DNA from: Takakia lepidozioides
Taxonomy: Eukaryota > Plantae > Bryophyta
Reading direction: 5' to 3'
Assembly: GCA_030704615.1 (NCBI GenBank)
Contig: CM060734.1
Span: forward strand, 52,886,001-52,950,000
DNA: 64,000 bases
The notes under the pieces were generated by a model. It had not been told where the DNA came from. It did not search any database and saw only the letters and a program-made list of their open reading frames with translations. Of the stretch, positions 23,150 through 37,211 are shown piece after piece. The position numbers and the translations under genes are program-made. How positions within the stretch are numbered: position 1 is the first letter of the stretch; every line of letters starts with the position of its first letter.

Positions 23150-25470
23150 CCCACCCACAATGACCTAATTTCCTTGTCTTTGATACTACCCACCCTGGGC
23201 CTACCCGCATCTCAGCAACAGAGATCCTGCCCACGCCATTGATCGTAAGACGATGGGTTTCTTGTGGCCAGTAGTAATCAGCACAGCTTTCATGTAAGAC
23301 GAAATCTCTTATCACAGAACAGGGCTGCCAAGTGGCAGGAACTGCCTCTAAAGTGATCTCTCGAGTGTATTGCGCCATGCCTTTCGAAGAAACTTTATGT
23401 GGGCAATTTTGCTGGCAAAGCAGTCCACGAGTATCTCGTGGTAATCGATCAACAAAGGAAGCACCTGCGCACTAATCAGAGCTGACATCGCACAGTTCTA
23501 GCGCCAGGAATGAAATTTTGAAGGTCCATAACATACGTCCCGAGTCCCAACTCCCAAACCTTGAAGCCCGAGCGTAAAGTCTGCTGGACTTGGTCAGGGA
23601 AATGGCAGGATCTGCCTTGCTGCAGTAATGAAGGCAGCGAATGCAAGATCCCACACAGCACTCAAGAAAGATGGCACCCAATAAGTTTCGGCCAGAGTGC
23701 CCGAGAATTGTGGTGCCAAATATCTGGTACACTACTGTAGCGTAGTCTGACAGCTTCCGGGGCTCCGGGCCGGTGTAGTTTGCAAGCCTATGCAAGCTCG
23801 CACAGTGTTAAGTAAGTATATTATGTTATCTTCAAGGATCTGAGGTTTGGAGGAACCAAAAGTAGTGCATTTTTTTATCAGGAAGGAAGCTGGCGGCATG
23901 TAGATTGCGTGTGCGATTTTCAAATACTGATGCGTGCTTTTGGGGATGTTTCGGTTCCTATCCGTTCCTCTGTTTTCAGCGGTTGAGAAACTCCAGGACC
24001 CACTCTGTGCAGACTTGAGACGCTTGTTTGATTGGTTACTGCAGGTCAAAAGTGCGCCACTCCCGGTGCAGGAGGCCCCGCCTGTTCTACTCATGGAGTG
24101 GGTCGCCTTTCGCTCTCTGACTGGGTCCCAATCGGCCCCACTAAAGCTGTTTGGAGCGAGATTATGCATCGGGGGCTTCAATCGGCAGGCACCCACCAAT
24201 CACAAGACAATCACGTGTGAGGTGATTGTGCTTTGTTGCATCCCTTGTTTTGTCTCTTGGCTTTTGTAGCCTGATGCTTATCCAACATGATGAGTTTCCT
24301 AACACGTTTTAAGAGTCCAGATTCGATGCCATTCTCAGGGCTGTTCAACATGTCAGCAGTCAGCAGAAGCTTGTAGAACCGACTAGGAAATCTCACCAGC
24401 CTTGATCACAGGTCGCCTGCGGGTCCATATGGGCGACTTGCACAATTGCTTTCAAAGCTCAATAATGCAGCAGTTGCAGGGTTTCCACTACGGACCACAC
24501 TCGTAATTTATACATCAAGTCCTACCAACTAGGACCACAAGACTCCTCCAGCGCAGAATGCTGAAGGACCCACTGCCTGTGAGTGACTTTCGAAAAGCGA
24601 TTGGCACATACCACCGCGATAGAAGGAACTTCTGACAGGGGTGTAGAAGTTAACATACATCCGCCAGTTGACAGGCTCGTTGAACAACGGGACAGTCCAC
24701 TTATAGGCAACTTTCGATGCACCTGTAGATCAGCATCCTCTTAGATGACGAGCAAAGAACTCGAGAGTTTTGCGAGACATCTAGTCAACACAAATTTCTT
24801 TCTCAGGGGTCCTACAAGAATTGAGGGAACGAGATAGACACCTGTGAGTAAGATACAAGTGGTGAAGACAGCAAGCAAAGGAGGACTGAGTAGCATTCCG
24901 TTCACTCAAGGAACATGAAAACAGGGACACAAGGAAACAGGACAAAAACCCATTATATACTGAAACATCACTTGTCACTACCAACGAAGCAAGGTAGCAA
25001 TGTAAGAGCGTGGTTCTATCAAAAACTCTAGTACTTTCTGTTGGTTCCAGAGAAAGGCTTTCAAGTCTGCCTAGCAATTCTTCTACCTCATTCAAGAGAA
25101 GCCTGGCTGGCAAATACACGTTTGTCCAGCGTCAAACTTGAAAATCTGTGTTCTTCTCCAGAGAGATCAAAATAAATAATGTAGTCGCAACACTTAATCA
25201 ATTCATCACTGATCAACACTTGGTTTTAGTGGGCGCTCGTGGATCTGGTCACTGCAACTACTCCTGTGGGATGACCCTTTCATCAATTCTCAGAAGGGCG
25301 CACCCCAAGGACTGGACAACGAACGGGCACCACTGATAGAGTATTGATTGCCAGGGCTCAGGTAGCCAGCCAAGCGAAGATCCACGACAGCACCCAGGAA
25401 AGAATAACCTCCGCAAGATCTGACGTGAAACCCAGGCTCTAAAGTACAAAAAACTAAGCCCAGCTTTCAT
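23150..25470 (-). pseudogene. Decayed LRR / F-box-LRR-like coding relic
   Basis: Fragments ELLGRLESLSLEP, CCLHHLYL, VETLQLLHY*, KRVRKLIML, LHREWRTFDL*..SQVCTEWVLEFL and ILHSLPSLLQ in broken frames. Weak nucleotide similarity of ~24957-25030 to 9962-10029. Confidence 0.35.
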
Positions 25471-25996
25471 GCACAGCTCTTTTGATGTAACTACCCAAGG
25501 TCAGTTCTGATGCCGAGGATGTGTTGGTGGGTTTTAAACCCTCCCGGCACTGTTAGTCTTATCTCACCATGCCATCCCTCAGCAGTCTACACTTGTACAC
25601 CAGCCAACTGCCATGACATCCGGGTCACAATTTGTTGTTGTGCTCAACCGGAATCTTCACTGTGGAAGGTCTAGAAAGCCGACTCCTCACTGCAGCAGCA
25701 CATTGCATCACCAAATCCTGTTGCTGTCCTCTGACCTTTCCTCTGAGAGACTTCACAATCAAGAGCAAAATGGCCTCCAATGTGCTGCTCTGGCCTGCCG
25801 GAGCCATGGCCTCCACAGAAAATTCCTCAGTCAAACAGTCACTGCCGTACTGTCATTGCAGGTGTCCTTTTTTCAAGAAAAGCCATCATTTCTTGAAAGA
25901 CCCGGACAACCATACAATCCATAGCCAAAAACTTTCAGCCCCAGAAAGGTTGCGGTCCCCAGCTCTCTCAATCTCTGCCCACCCAGGCCAGGCCCC

Positions 25997-28900
25997 TCAA
26001 TGGTCGAGGGAGCCAGCTGTGGGATTGGGGGGAGAGGTCTGAGTCCGTGCATCTTCAGAGTTGCTGCTGGCTGGGCGCTGTTGGGCGGGAACCATGTTCA
26101 GAATCTCCAACTGTTCCTGACTCATCTGTATAACCTCAGTTGGTGACAAAATCTTTATGGATCGAACGCAGCTCACGAATTCGCTGCACAATATACAATG
26201 GAGAGGCTAAGCGGTATATACATGATGGAGACTTTATATCACAGAATTGATGTGAGAAATAACATACCATCTAACTTTCCAAAACACACCCTGTACAGGT
26301 TGGATATGTTGTGGAGTGGCATGGACAGAGTCCCATGTAGATAATGCCAGCCTGGCTGGGTCACTAAATCTTAGTACAACGTCAGCCATGTTTATGTCGT
26401 GGATGGAAAAGCTAACATAGAAAGAAGCCCGACTGCTATGAAATGAAGCACTCCAAATCTGGATTTCAAGTGATGATATGGCACATTACGTAACACTTCC
26501 TAGAACTCCGGTCAACAGAAATAAATAGAGAACAAGCATAACGAACACCGAGCCTTCAACACATCTGTGGCAAGTAGGGATGGGTAGAAGACATACTCCC
26601 ATGGGTCGTCACCAACAAGAAGTGTGTCATTCTCATTGTCAACAAACACCAGCTGCCAACCAGATCTTTGAGGATCCTCCAGTAAACCTTCAAGATTAAA
26701 CAGGCGAGCCAGCTCACTGCGCAATTCTGGGTAGCTGTGGAAGCGTGTGATATCCAAAGACCTTCCCACCATTCCCAGTTTATGGACCTGGGAAAAATAC
26801 ACGACCACAATATCAGCTTATACCTACCGAAGTCACATTTTCCATACGGCTCTCTGCTATCAGTCCTAGCAATGACAGTGCAACCACACTGCACAAAGAT
26901 TCACCTAGTGCCAGAGGTAACAGGACACAATGGCTCATCAAAAGTGGACTATGTTGTAAAGCAGGATCATCAAAACTTTCATTTTAATTCCTGATTGATA
27001 ACATCCCTAAACCACCTTCACAGTGACTTCCAATAGTTATCCAAGGGCACATATCTACCTTAGTGAATGTGCGCATGGGTGCTGCTGGCATTGAAGGCCA
27101 TGCTGCACCCCGGTGAAAAAGTATGTTCTCATCAAGGCCTCCACTAGGTATGATTCCGGAGCTCATACTTGGAAGGTCTGGTGTAGCTGGTGGGCAATAC
27201 GACCCTTGTAGCATCGTGCTACCAGCAAACCCACCCTGGGGGTCCTTACCTTTCCCAAAACCAGGTGAGGTAAGACCAGTAGCAGGATTAGAAACAACCA
27301 AAGGTTGATCAATGGACACCCCAAAAAGGAGATGGCTGCGGTCTGATTGGATCTGATCCTGCTCCTGCGAATTCTCCCTGTACACAAACTGTGATGACTG
27401 CAGAGGAAGTGCTGCCAGGCCGGGCTGACCACTTGCCTCACTGTGCTGGGCAAGAGAGAACTGGCCAGGTACACCAGACGTAGGTGAATTGTCCATTCGG
27501 CCCAAACGAGCCATCTGCACCTCAGCATGGTTGGAATCTCTTAAAGTGGAAAACCAAGGTGCCGACACCTGGAATACAGTAACCACAGCCAGTTATCTGG
27601 GGAAACTCTGAATTCAAGCAATTGCAAGCAGACAAAAGAGTAAGGCATGGAGTAAATTGACAAGGGTGGAACCTTGTTCTACAAAGAATTGACTCTCATA
27701 ATCTCAGAACTTAGACTAGAAACCTGAAATGTAGATATGATACAGTACCTGCGACTCTCGCACGACCATGTTGGATGCACACTGGCTCTGCATTGCACCT
27801 TGGTTGGATCGCAACATGTTGGGGTACTGACCATTGTCTCCCATTGTCAGTGGACCACTGGTCGGAGCTCTTCCCAGCATACCTTGTAGGGGGAATGAGC
27901 CTGATATTGAGGGAGAGGAGGCCATGTGTAAGTCAGATTCATTGTAACTAGAGGCTGGCCTGATCGAGGACAGCTCCATTGGTGATTGAGGCCGGCTAGA
28001 CGACAGTTGGAGTAAAGATCCAGGTGCATCAGTCATTTGTTGAATCAACTGCTGGTTTTGCTGATTCTGCTGTTGTTGAGCTTGTGGGTTCTGTGGACGG
28101 AACTGCATCTGTGGGGACGACAGAGGAGGCGGAGGAGGATGGGACAGCAATTGTTTTGAAGAGTCCCCACAGCGAAACTCTTCCAGAGCAGCTGCTGCCA
28201 TGGCACGATATAACTGTTGCTGTTGGGTGGGGATAGCTGGCTCAGGCTGGGGAAGCCGCATCCATGGGGAGTCCATCCCCAAGGAACGAAAATTCAGGGC
28301 CTGAAGAGAGTCATTGCCATCCTCACGCATCCATAATTGCGACTTCTTCATGATTGATTCAATATCCTCCTCATCCCCTGGGAGAGAGCACTCGATCTTG
28401 AGAAAGTGACTCGACCGGCAGACAGGTCTAGCAAAGCCAGGAAACTCAGAAACCACAATTGTAACCTCATAGCAGATTCATGATATACTTTCCCTGCAAC
28501 ACAAAAAATTATTTTGCATAGACTCAGTGTGACTGACCTCGGGCTCCGCGAAGCCGTTTCGATCTTAAGGCAAGTGGAGGAGGGCACAAGAGGAATGGAG
28601 TGGTCAAAGGTTCAATTTCCCAGAGTGACACACGCCGTTGTCTTTCACCAGCAGTAGATTCATCCCATCCCACCTGTACAGCAGTCCACAAGACACCCTA
28701 TTCAGCAGTTGCCCTCTCTAGACATTTATGCAGATCTGCAATTTTAAAATTTCCATCTTCTTGCCAAGACCTTCCAGCAGAGTAGTTATTCAAGCTATGA
28801 AACATTTTAACATTTTAACTTGTATTCTTACACACTTTAAGCTATCATACTGATTAACAAGAAAGACCCACCTTCAGGGACCGCCAGTGTGACTTTGGCC

Positions 28901-31900
28901 ACCTCAGAGGATCTAGATCCCCTATACCAGTGATAGTGCCCATGTATCTGCATTACAAACCCGGATGTCAGAAGGGCAAGGCTCTTTTGTCTCCAGCAGT
29001 AAATAAAAGCATACCCTCAGACAGAACAACTGCCCACACAAAAGAGATTGGACAGCAGAAAACAGAGAGCACAGAGGAACCAATGCTTACCTTCGAACAC
29101 TAGATTCTTCAGTTTCAAACACCATTCGAAAGCGCATACCCACGGTGACTTGGAAGTTGTAGATTGCCTTGTTGTACTTGGCCACTGGTATCACAAATTC
29201 TGATGGACTTTGCCTGAAATAATAAAAGCACCCTCAGACAAGTCCCAATCACCAAGCATGCTGAGACTGGTAGAGACATCTCGTACAAACCAAAAGGCCA
29301 CTGGCAAGGATATCACAGCCAGGTTGACTTCTTACAGTGAATATAACTAGACTATGACATGCAATCACAACCAATGCACAAGCCTGGAGAATACTGTTAC
29401 TACGGAAGCCAGATTTTGAACGCAGTTACTAAGCATAAACTACAGGACAAAAAAGTGTGGAATGGAAGTGTATAGCCCCCTTAAGAAAGCAGATCAGGCA
29501 GACTGGATTGTTCTTGTTGCCTTGACTGTGCAAAAATTGCAAGCAGAACACTACCACAGAAAAAGCGGGTAATCTTGACTACCACTTCAAGGGTTCCGAA
29601 AGATGGAGCTATAGAAAGGAACTACAGAAAGGAGGTCTATCTGCCAAGGCATGTGTATGGTGATAAAACGTCCAATGCTAACACATGCCAATTTATCATG
29701 TGCAGGCAAAACACTCCAAGGAAATAGTCATCCTAGACAGACTCAGTGGTGAGACAGTACCTCGGGTTGTAAAAGATAGTGAATCGGCTGCTTGTGGCTG
29801 CAGCATGGTTGGCAGCTGCAAGGACCCCAATGTGCATGCTGTCACTGGACAGCACTGACGAGGGCATAATTGTTTGCTGCCTGTTTGCACGCCTTAGTCC
29901 CAGTAACAGCTGGCCCTTTTCATCCCTGGTAAAATGTCAACATTAGACAGGAATATTGAAAATCAACACACCAGAGGAATCTTAAGTAAATGGCAGCCTC
30001 AGATTTCCCTCTTCTTTACATAGATGTAGAAGGGAAAGATATGTCAGATATTTAGAACAAGGGTGTCTAATTTCTTTAGCATCTGATACTCATGAGATAT
30101 ACAAAACATAACCACTCCTGAAGTTTCTTTAGCATCTGATACTCATGAGATAAACAAAACATAACCACTCCTGACGTAAACAGCCGTTACAGAAATGCAG
30201 CAATCCTTCTCACTCGAGGGTATCAATGTGAAAAGATGACCGATCCCAAATTCTTAATCAACGTCAGTAATTGGTACACAACTAATAACATACCTGATAA
30301 ATAAAACTGAATCACCCGCTTGCAGTCTCTTCGCACTCACAAACACACTCCACCCTGTTGTAAGTAAATGCCTGCGAGGTTGACCTGCACCATTTTGAAA
30401 GATTCCATATCAATATTATTGTAGCCCAACTGGCCTGACTTTCAAGAGTCATTCAATGATAGTTACATGCGGGTTCGTCATATGTTGTTTCAAGGCATGC
30501 AAAAGACCTGCAACCACTTTCCAAGAAAAACGAAGACTTTGCATACCGCGATAAATATGGCGAAAGTGCCACTCCTGATCATGTAAGTCCCTGGCCACTA
30601 GTTCCTGTGCTGGGGGCTGTTGCGAGTAGTCCTGCAAAGTTTTAACATGTCACATGTATTGCTTCTGATTCAGTAGACACTACCAAAAGTGAAAGAACTT
30701 CTGAGGTGGCCTAATTAGCACACGACTAGATAGAGCCTGCTAGTAGTACCAAACTAGAGTTAACCTTGAATATGGAAGTGTGAGCGCACCAGAGGAGGAA
30801 AAACTTTCTCAGCAGCACGCCGTGGTATTGAAAAGCCACCATGAGTGCTAGTGTCACTTGCAGTTAAGGTCTTGCAGAAATAATCTGTTGGTTGCTTGCT
30901 GTGTCGGCTATGATCTGGCGATAACAATGGTTCCTTCTCCTGCTGCAATTTTTCAATCCAGGTGCTGATAAGCTACACGGTAAAGTTACCAAACCATTGG
31001 TCATGCAAAACCTCAAAACCCTACTTTTAGATTCAACAGGACAAAGCCAAAGTCACTTTTGACTAACAGAAACACCTCCTAGGAACTTACAGCAGCAGAA
31101 AGAGGTATCAAAGTCATCTGCGCATACACTTCATCTGTTTCAAGGTCCGCCTGCAGGATCCAACAACACAAGCATCAATACCGCAATGCAATGTAACAGA
31201 CCTGCATTACAGTTGAAACAACTTCAGTATGCAAAGAGGCCTCCCATATACTGATGTACATGGGAAGACTACAAGACTCCTACAAAGCTGTTATTGCAGC
31301 CATCATATTTGCGGTACAGCCCATTCATTTTCTGAACTTACACAAGGATACCATTGAGGCATGGCCTAGGTGTAACAAATGCCTGCCAGAATCAGGCCAG
31401 TAGTAGACTTGCCAAAGGATTTCTCTGTAGTCAGTAGTTGCTCATCCCATCTGTTGTATGGCAGCCACTCAACAAATCCTGACAAGTTGTAGCTCCAGAT
31501 AGACAACAATGAAAATGCAGCCACAGGCAAGACACAAGTAATATACAGAAAGGCCAATAAACATACATGAAGAGTGACATTGTCGAGCAAACAGATGAGT
31601 CGCGAGGGAAGGCTAGGATAGTTGGGGATATGGGCATCAGCCTCCTTTTGTGTCGATGCAGCAACCTAACACCATCCAATCAGCAACTTTAGAAACTGGA
31701 AAGATGGTTGTCTTACAGTAAGCAGAGATATATCAACAGACATAGAATGAGGCAGCCCTTCCACCACCTCAAGTAGCCAAGCCAATTACCTGCTCAGTGT
31801 GACCTTGAGGAAAGTACACCACCCGTGTACCCACTGGTGGTAGTGAAACCAAAGGACCCGCACAAGCATGCCACAGCTCCGAATTCAGACTTCTTCTTTC

Positions 31901-32020
31901 CCCTGTCACTGCTACCACGCAAGTGTAAGGCATTCCTCAAGCACTTTAGTTCTGTGGCACAATACTTGTTCAGCTACCCCAGTTTTCATCACAGCATGTC
32001 CTGCTGCCCTTTCGGAACAT
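25997..32020 (-). CDS. ARF: Class-A auxin response factor (B3 DNA-binding domain, Q-rich middle region, PB1 domain), ~15 exons
   Basis: [21 protein letters not shown] (exon from 31902), [52 protein letters not shown]-rich middle region, [55 protein letters not shown]; stop at 25997. ATG 32020 (exon 32020-31978, in-frame stop just upstream) is the best candidate start but uncertain. Confidence 0.93.
30071..30174. repeat. 53-bp-period tandem duplication in an ARF intron
   Basis: tttctttagcatctgatactcatgagata(t/a)acaaaacataaccactcctga at 30071 and 30124. Confidence 0.9.
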
Positions 32021-32149
32021 CTGACATTAAAGTGCCAGCTTGATCCCCCAAGATCTGTGTGAACAGAAAACATGTAATGTTCAACAGGGTCTTAAGAAAA
32101 GATCCGTGGAGACAAGTGGCTGCTAACTTCCCACAGGAAACGAGAAACT

Positions 32150-33400
32150 GAGTCTCTTTCAGGTATCATCCTCATATAACACCTGAAGAAGACCGAATCA
32201 GGTGCAAAACGAGTCTTTTCTATCCTCCCACAGAGATGTCCCCTTTACATGATTGTTGTGCACAGCCAGCACTGGCACAAACTGGCTAACCCTGGTAAAA
32301 CACCAGCCTTGCTACGGACAGCCATGGCAGATATCAAAATGACCATGTTCAGCCATAGAGAGTTACTGTGCCACAATAGCTTGACTAATAGTGTTGAAGA
32401 GGGCCAGTGCTCTCAGATGAGCTTGAATAACAGCTGTATGTTCAGTACAGCCCCTCCTGCTCTGTGGGCACCTGAAAGCTGAGGCAATGTCTGCGTTCTC
32501 TCAAAGACTCCTTGACTGAGACAGAAGATGGGGTTATGCTAACCATTCCGCTACCCGTGGGCTTTGGTAAGGGGTTATGCAAGACCTTGGCAAATATTCA
32601 GTCACAACAGTGAGCCGCCTTGCCCACTATCAAGGACTACTAGACGACCAATAAACTTGTTGATCCACAGCCTCAACCACATGAGCAGTGTTGCTGTCTG
32701 GAACCAGGCAGCTCATGGCCATTCCACACTACTCCTTCCATCGCTGTTAGTGGGGGGGATTGTCTGGAGAGCTCCAGACATAGAAGGACCCTTTTCTTTG
32801 ATTGCTGATCGCTTGACCGAAGAATGACCGAGTATCCCGTGCCCCGATGGGCCTGCTACCTTTGAGGTAAGATGTGAGTGATGAAGCGATGCTTTCAACC
32901 CCTGCTAGACTCAGAAGTCCTAGAAAGCAGGAATGCCAGCCTTGCAAATGAAGCACTTTCAGTCTGAAAATCCGAGTGATCTTGGAACCTTCCAGGAGCT
33001 TAATGCTATAATCTTAGATGATCGTGCGCTAGCAAAGACTGGGGACCTCTCCCAGAACATAACGAGGGTACATTGACGGACATCATTCTTCCTCTCGCCT
33101 CAAAACGCCTCTTTCCAAACACCTTCATGGAAGTGTAAGCTATGACATTTGTCAAGGCCAGCGACAGAAACTTGACAGTAACCAGACTGCGCAAGATGTG
33201 CATCCAAACTTCAGGGTCTGGATGGCTAGCTGGCCGGCAAATTGCACGACCAGAAGATTGCTGAGAACTATGCTCGGAAATGAATTAACTTCAAGACAGT
33301 TAGACCAACACGATGTACTAGCAGGTCTGAGGAAGACAGTCCACAAGTAATCCATGGTACTTAGACGAGTATACATTGGCCATTTCACTTTAAGACAGCA
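32150..33400 (-). pseudogene. Decayed LRR-like coding relic immediately upstream of ARF
   Basis: Fragments HILRSLVTVKFLSL, RIFRLKVLHLQGWHS (~32974-32930) and VIQAHLRALALFN (~32431-32393) in broken frames. Confidence 0.35.
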
Positions 33401-35349
33401 CCGGTGTCAAACGCTGATCTAGTCCAAATTGGCCAAAAACGTAGGAGACTAGGAGGCAGAAAAATAACAATGTTGGAAGGGAAAGACAACCTGCAGCTGA
33501 AAACTTCCTAACTGTAGACAGCTGCATGCAATAGACGGACAAAAGCAGCACCTAACAAATACACCACCGGCACCGCATCAGGCAAGCCAACAGGCTAGGA
33601 GAAGCGTCAAGGATCCCACTGCGAGAAGGCATCGGGGAGCTACATCGGAGTTCTTCCCGTAAGCAAACGGGACGATTGACAAATGACTAACGGACATACA
33701 AAAGACACAGCAAGCACTAGATTTCGATACCTGTTTCCGCCTGAGTAGCATAGCCAGAGGCGGAGATCCTCATGGAATACATGAGGAGCTGTCGAAACTA
33801 CACTAAGATGAGTAGAACGGAAAGGTCGACGAGAGTCACGTAGTTCAAGTTCAGTCCAGACTCCCCAACATCTTCAGAGGAAAAGCTGATGCTCCATATT
33901 CACAACTAGACATTGGCGAACCCTCCATCTGCTCAATGAATGCTCAAGCTCCATTCCAAAGCCCCAACGTACTCCCAGACCACCTCTGTCCAACTGGCGC
34001 GCATAATGCAGCTCTGAGTCTCTCTCCACCTGTTACATCCGTCCAAGAAGCCAGTTGAGCTCCCCTACTTCCTTCCTTCCTTCCTTCCTTCCTTCCAACC
34101 TTCCTTCCTCAGACCCACTGATCCGAGCTCCGTTCCTGCAGATCTCTGGCAAGCCACCACTTCTCCCTCCCACCTCAAACCTGACACCCACAACTTCAAT
34201 CGAGCTCCTCCTCTACTCTACAAGTTTCACTCTACCATGTCGTGCAGGCGCCCCCCATAACCCATGTCTTCTCACACTGTCACTCCTCCTTGCAACACCC
34301 ACACAACCCTCACTCTCTTCCCATCCAACAACCCACATCTAGATTCTCTTCCCCCTCCCCTACTCTGACCCCTTCTGTCCGACCTCAGGCCTCAGACGCT
34401 GTCTTGTCTCTCGTAATGCTGCCCGTCTAACCTGGCTGCAGAGGAGTCGAGGATGACATAGTCTTCTCCCAAAAAGGCAAACTGAGAGAGAAGATAGGAG
34501 TTACCACCCTTCTTAACTCAAACCCAACCACAGCCCCCAGCCCCCCAACCAGGGTTAGTGTAAGGCCAGCTCATGTATGGGTTGCCATCCCCTCCTTTGC
34601 CCCATCCCTATTCATCATTTGCACTGTTTTTGCATCATCACACTTGCATCATTCCCTCTGACACTGTCAAGCATGCTCTCCCTCCCACTCCATTCTGCTT
34701 GTGATCAGTCAGAGTTTCCAATTGTCTTCACCCAAATCTTTTTTTCCTTCCGCCAAGGGAGTTTTTGGGTAGAATCCCAAATCCCTTACTGAGTTCCACC
34801 CGGGAGTTCAAATTCATGCTCTTCTTCTTTGTTCCCGTTTGGCAAGTGCAGGTTTTCCCACACAAAAGAAGCACCTGAAAGTCTATGAGAGAACTTGAGT
34901 GCAAAGAACAAAAAGTTGGGTGGGGACCAGAGAGCAAACACACGAGATGAGAAGATTTGATTCCAACTATGGTACTTCCTCCTTTAAGGGAGAAGAAACA
35001 AGAAACCAAAAAACATCCCTGGAAGAAAGAAACATGAAACAAGTGAGAGCATCTTTGTAGTACAACCAAACCCAACCACATGAGCAGCAACAAGAAGGTG
35101 GGAACATTAGTGCGCTACTACAGGTGGTGAGAGAGGAACAGGTCAGCCAACACAGATAGCACATGTGTGGAGGGGAGGGGAGGACAGCAAAAAACATGCC
35201 ATGGGAGGGCAAGGGCAAGGGCAAGTTGGCAGACAAAGGCAGAGGCAGTGGCAGGCTCTGCCTCCCCATAGCCAGGCATTGCTTGCTGCCCTGTTAGGAC
35301 AGTATGTACATAGGTGGTAGATATTTAGTCATCTCCTTGCTCTCAGCAT

Positions 35350-35725
35350 CCAACCCCCCTTAGCCTAGTGTCTGGCATGGGTTAGCACTAACATCGGTTG
35401 ATATATCTCGAGGGAATTGCAATCGGACTCTGGTGTACTCACATTTCTTGTTAAACAAGTTGAACATTTGTATGGGACGATGCTAACATTAGCGGCCAAT
35501 CTTTAGTCTTCTGTGACTTAGTTGGTTTGTTTGTAACCATGTGATGATGAAATGTTGAAAGTCCAAAACCCCCTCAAGTACCCCAGTGTCCGGAGCGGGT
35601 TAGCACTAACATAAGTTGCGCTATCTCCCGGAAATCGGACTCCCCACTCCCGGTGTGTGTGTGTGCTTGTTAAACAATCCAACATCTCCGCGATTAGCTG
35701 CCAAATCACGGCTTAATCTTCATTC
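35350..35725. repeat. Diverged ~215-bp direct duplication upstream of ARF
   Basis: gggttagcactaacat..atctc..aatcggactc..cttgttaaacaa..aacat..ttagc.gccaa..tcttc occurs from ~35379 and again from ~35597. Confidence 0.7.
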
Positions 35726-37182
35726 TTATGTTCGCAGTCCCCCAACAGCCTTTATTGGTGTGGCACCACAGTGTTAGGAAACATATGAGGGTTCTTTGCA
35801 TTGATTTGTGTTTATCGCAGTTTCCTGTAACATTTTTCATCATGGGTTGGCTAAAATTTCAACACATTATAAGTATGATGTACTCTCCGGGGAAGAGGAT
35901 TTGATCCATGTTAGAACAATCACACATTAGTCCAAGTCCTGGGACACATGTCCCAATGCTGCGGATGGGTACATGTTATTGGAGAGTGAGGCTTAGGCCA
36001 TCGATATGTTCAGCCAAAGGTTAATGCGGGATCAATGCGATACGAATAAACACGATGCGCACTTACTTGGTGTGCCCTCTATAAACAATTAGAGGAAGAC
36101 TTAAGGGTATATAGTATATAGTTGGCACTGTGCTTTGAGATAAGACTTGGAATAAATAAAGCAAAATGTACTAAAATCCTTTGTGAGGGCCCACAACAAA
36201 TAAGTTGCATAAGCTTTGATCATATCCTTACTTGGATATATATACTACACATGACTCATAGGATAAAATCAATAACTACTTTTACAAACTGGCATGCTGA
36301 CATAGGAAAGGTGATGTTGGTATCTCCTATTTTCATGGCAATATACAGTGTCTTGAATTAAAAGTAACATATCTTTTTGTCACGTCTGTAATGGCCTCAC
36401 TTACACGTCAAGTAAATATCTAACAAGTGAAAATATTCATGGAGTTTTAATATGCGCTAGATATAAATTCCAACGATAAAACAGTGATATTTACCCCTCG
36501 TGTGTGTGTACGCCCCCAGCAATTTCCCCCTTTTAAAAGAAAGAAATGATATATGATTATCAAAGGTATCTTGACAAAATACTTCTACTTATCAAATCTC
36601 AAACTGAGGATTCATCATGCTTTGACTCAATTTTGGAATTGTCCAACAAAATTCATCAGACGGTGATGCTGACGTTAATTGGGTCACTGGAGCTCTAACT
36701 AAACCCTAAATTGTTGTGTGTGATCCTAGCTGGGATGCACAACATCTCAAATTTTCATGAAAGCATGTTTTGACTGCCAAAAATGTAAGTTGTGGCAAGT
36801 GAGGCCCCACCGCCCAAGAGACCTGTGAATTATACTATAGAAAACTTCAACGAACCCATGTGTTATACTGGGCCCAGCACTCTATCAACCTAATCGTTGG
36901 CCTTGGGATGAGGCCTCCATTTATGGCCCCCCTCTCCTTGCCTTTTTCTCAAGCTTTCGGTTGGCTTAAACATGGCGAAGGATCCAAACTATGGCTACTC
37001 ATAAGCGGATTCGAACCAATGTTCAGGAAATGGGTAACGTATGATTCAAGATATCGGCAATATCAAATGGTCATGATAGTGGTTACTCCTGTTACAGGAG
37101 GGAGCGGTTCAATCCCCCCAAGCTCGTTGCATAGCCAAACAAAGAAAAGGAAGTGCCTTGATTTTAAAAAATAAGAAAATAC

Positions 37183-37211
37183 AAGCGACCGCCAATATTT
37201 GGCGGTCGCTT
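37183..37211. other. Perfect 13-bp GC-rich hairpin between an A-tract and a T-tract
   Basis: aagcgaccgccaa-tat-ttggcggtcgctt, preceded by aaaaaataagaaaat and followed by cattttttg. Confidence 0.8.
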
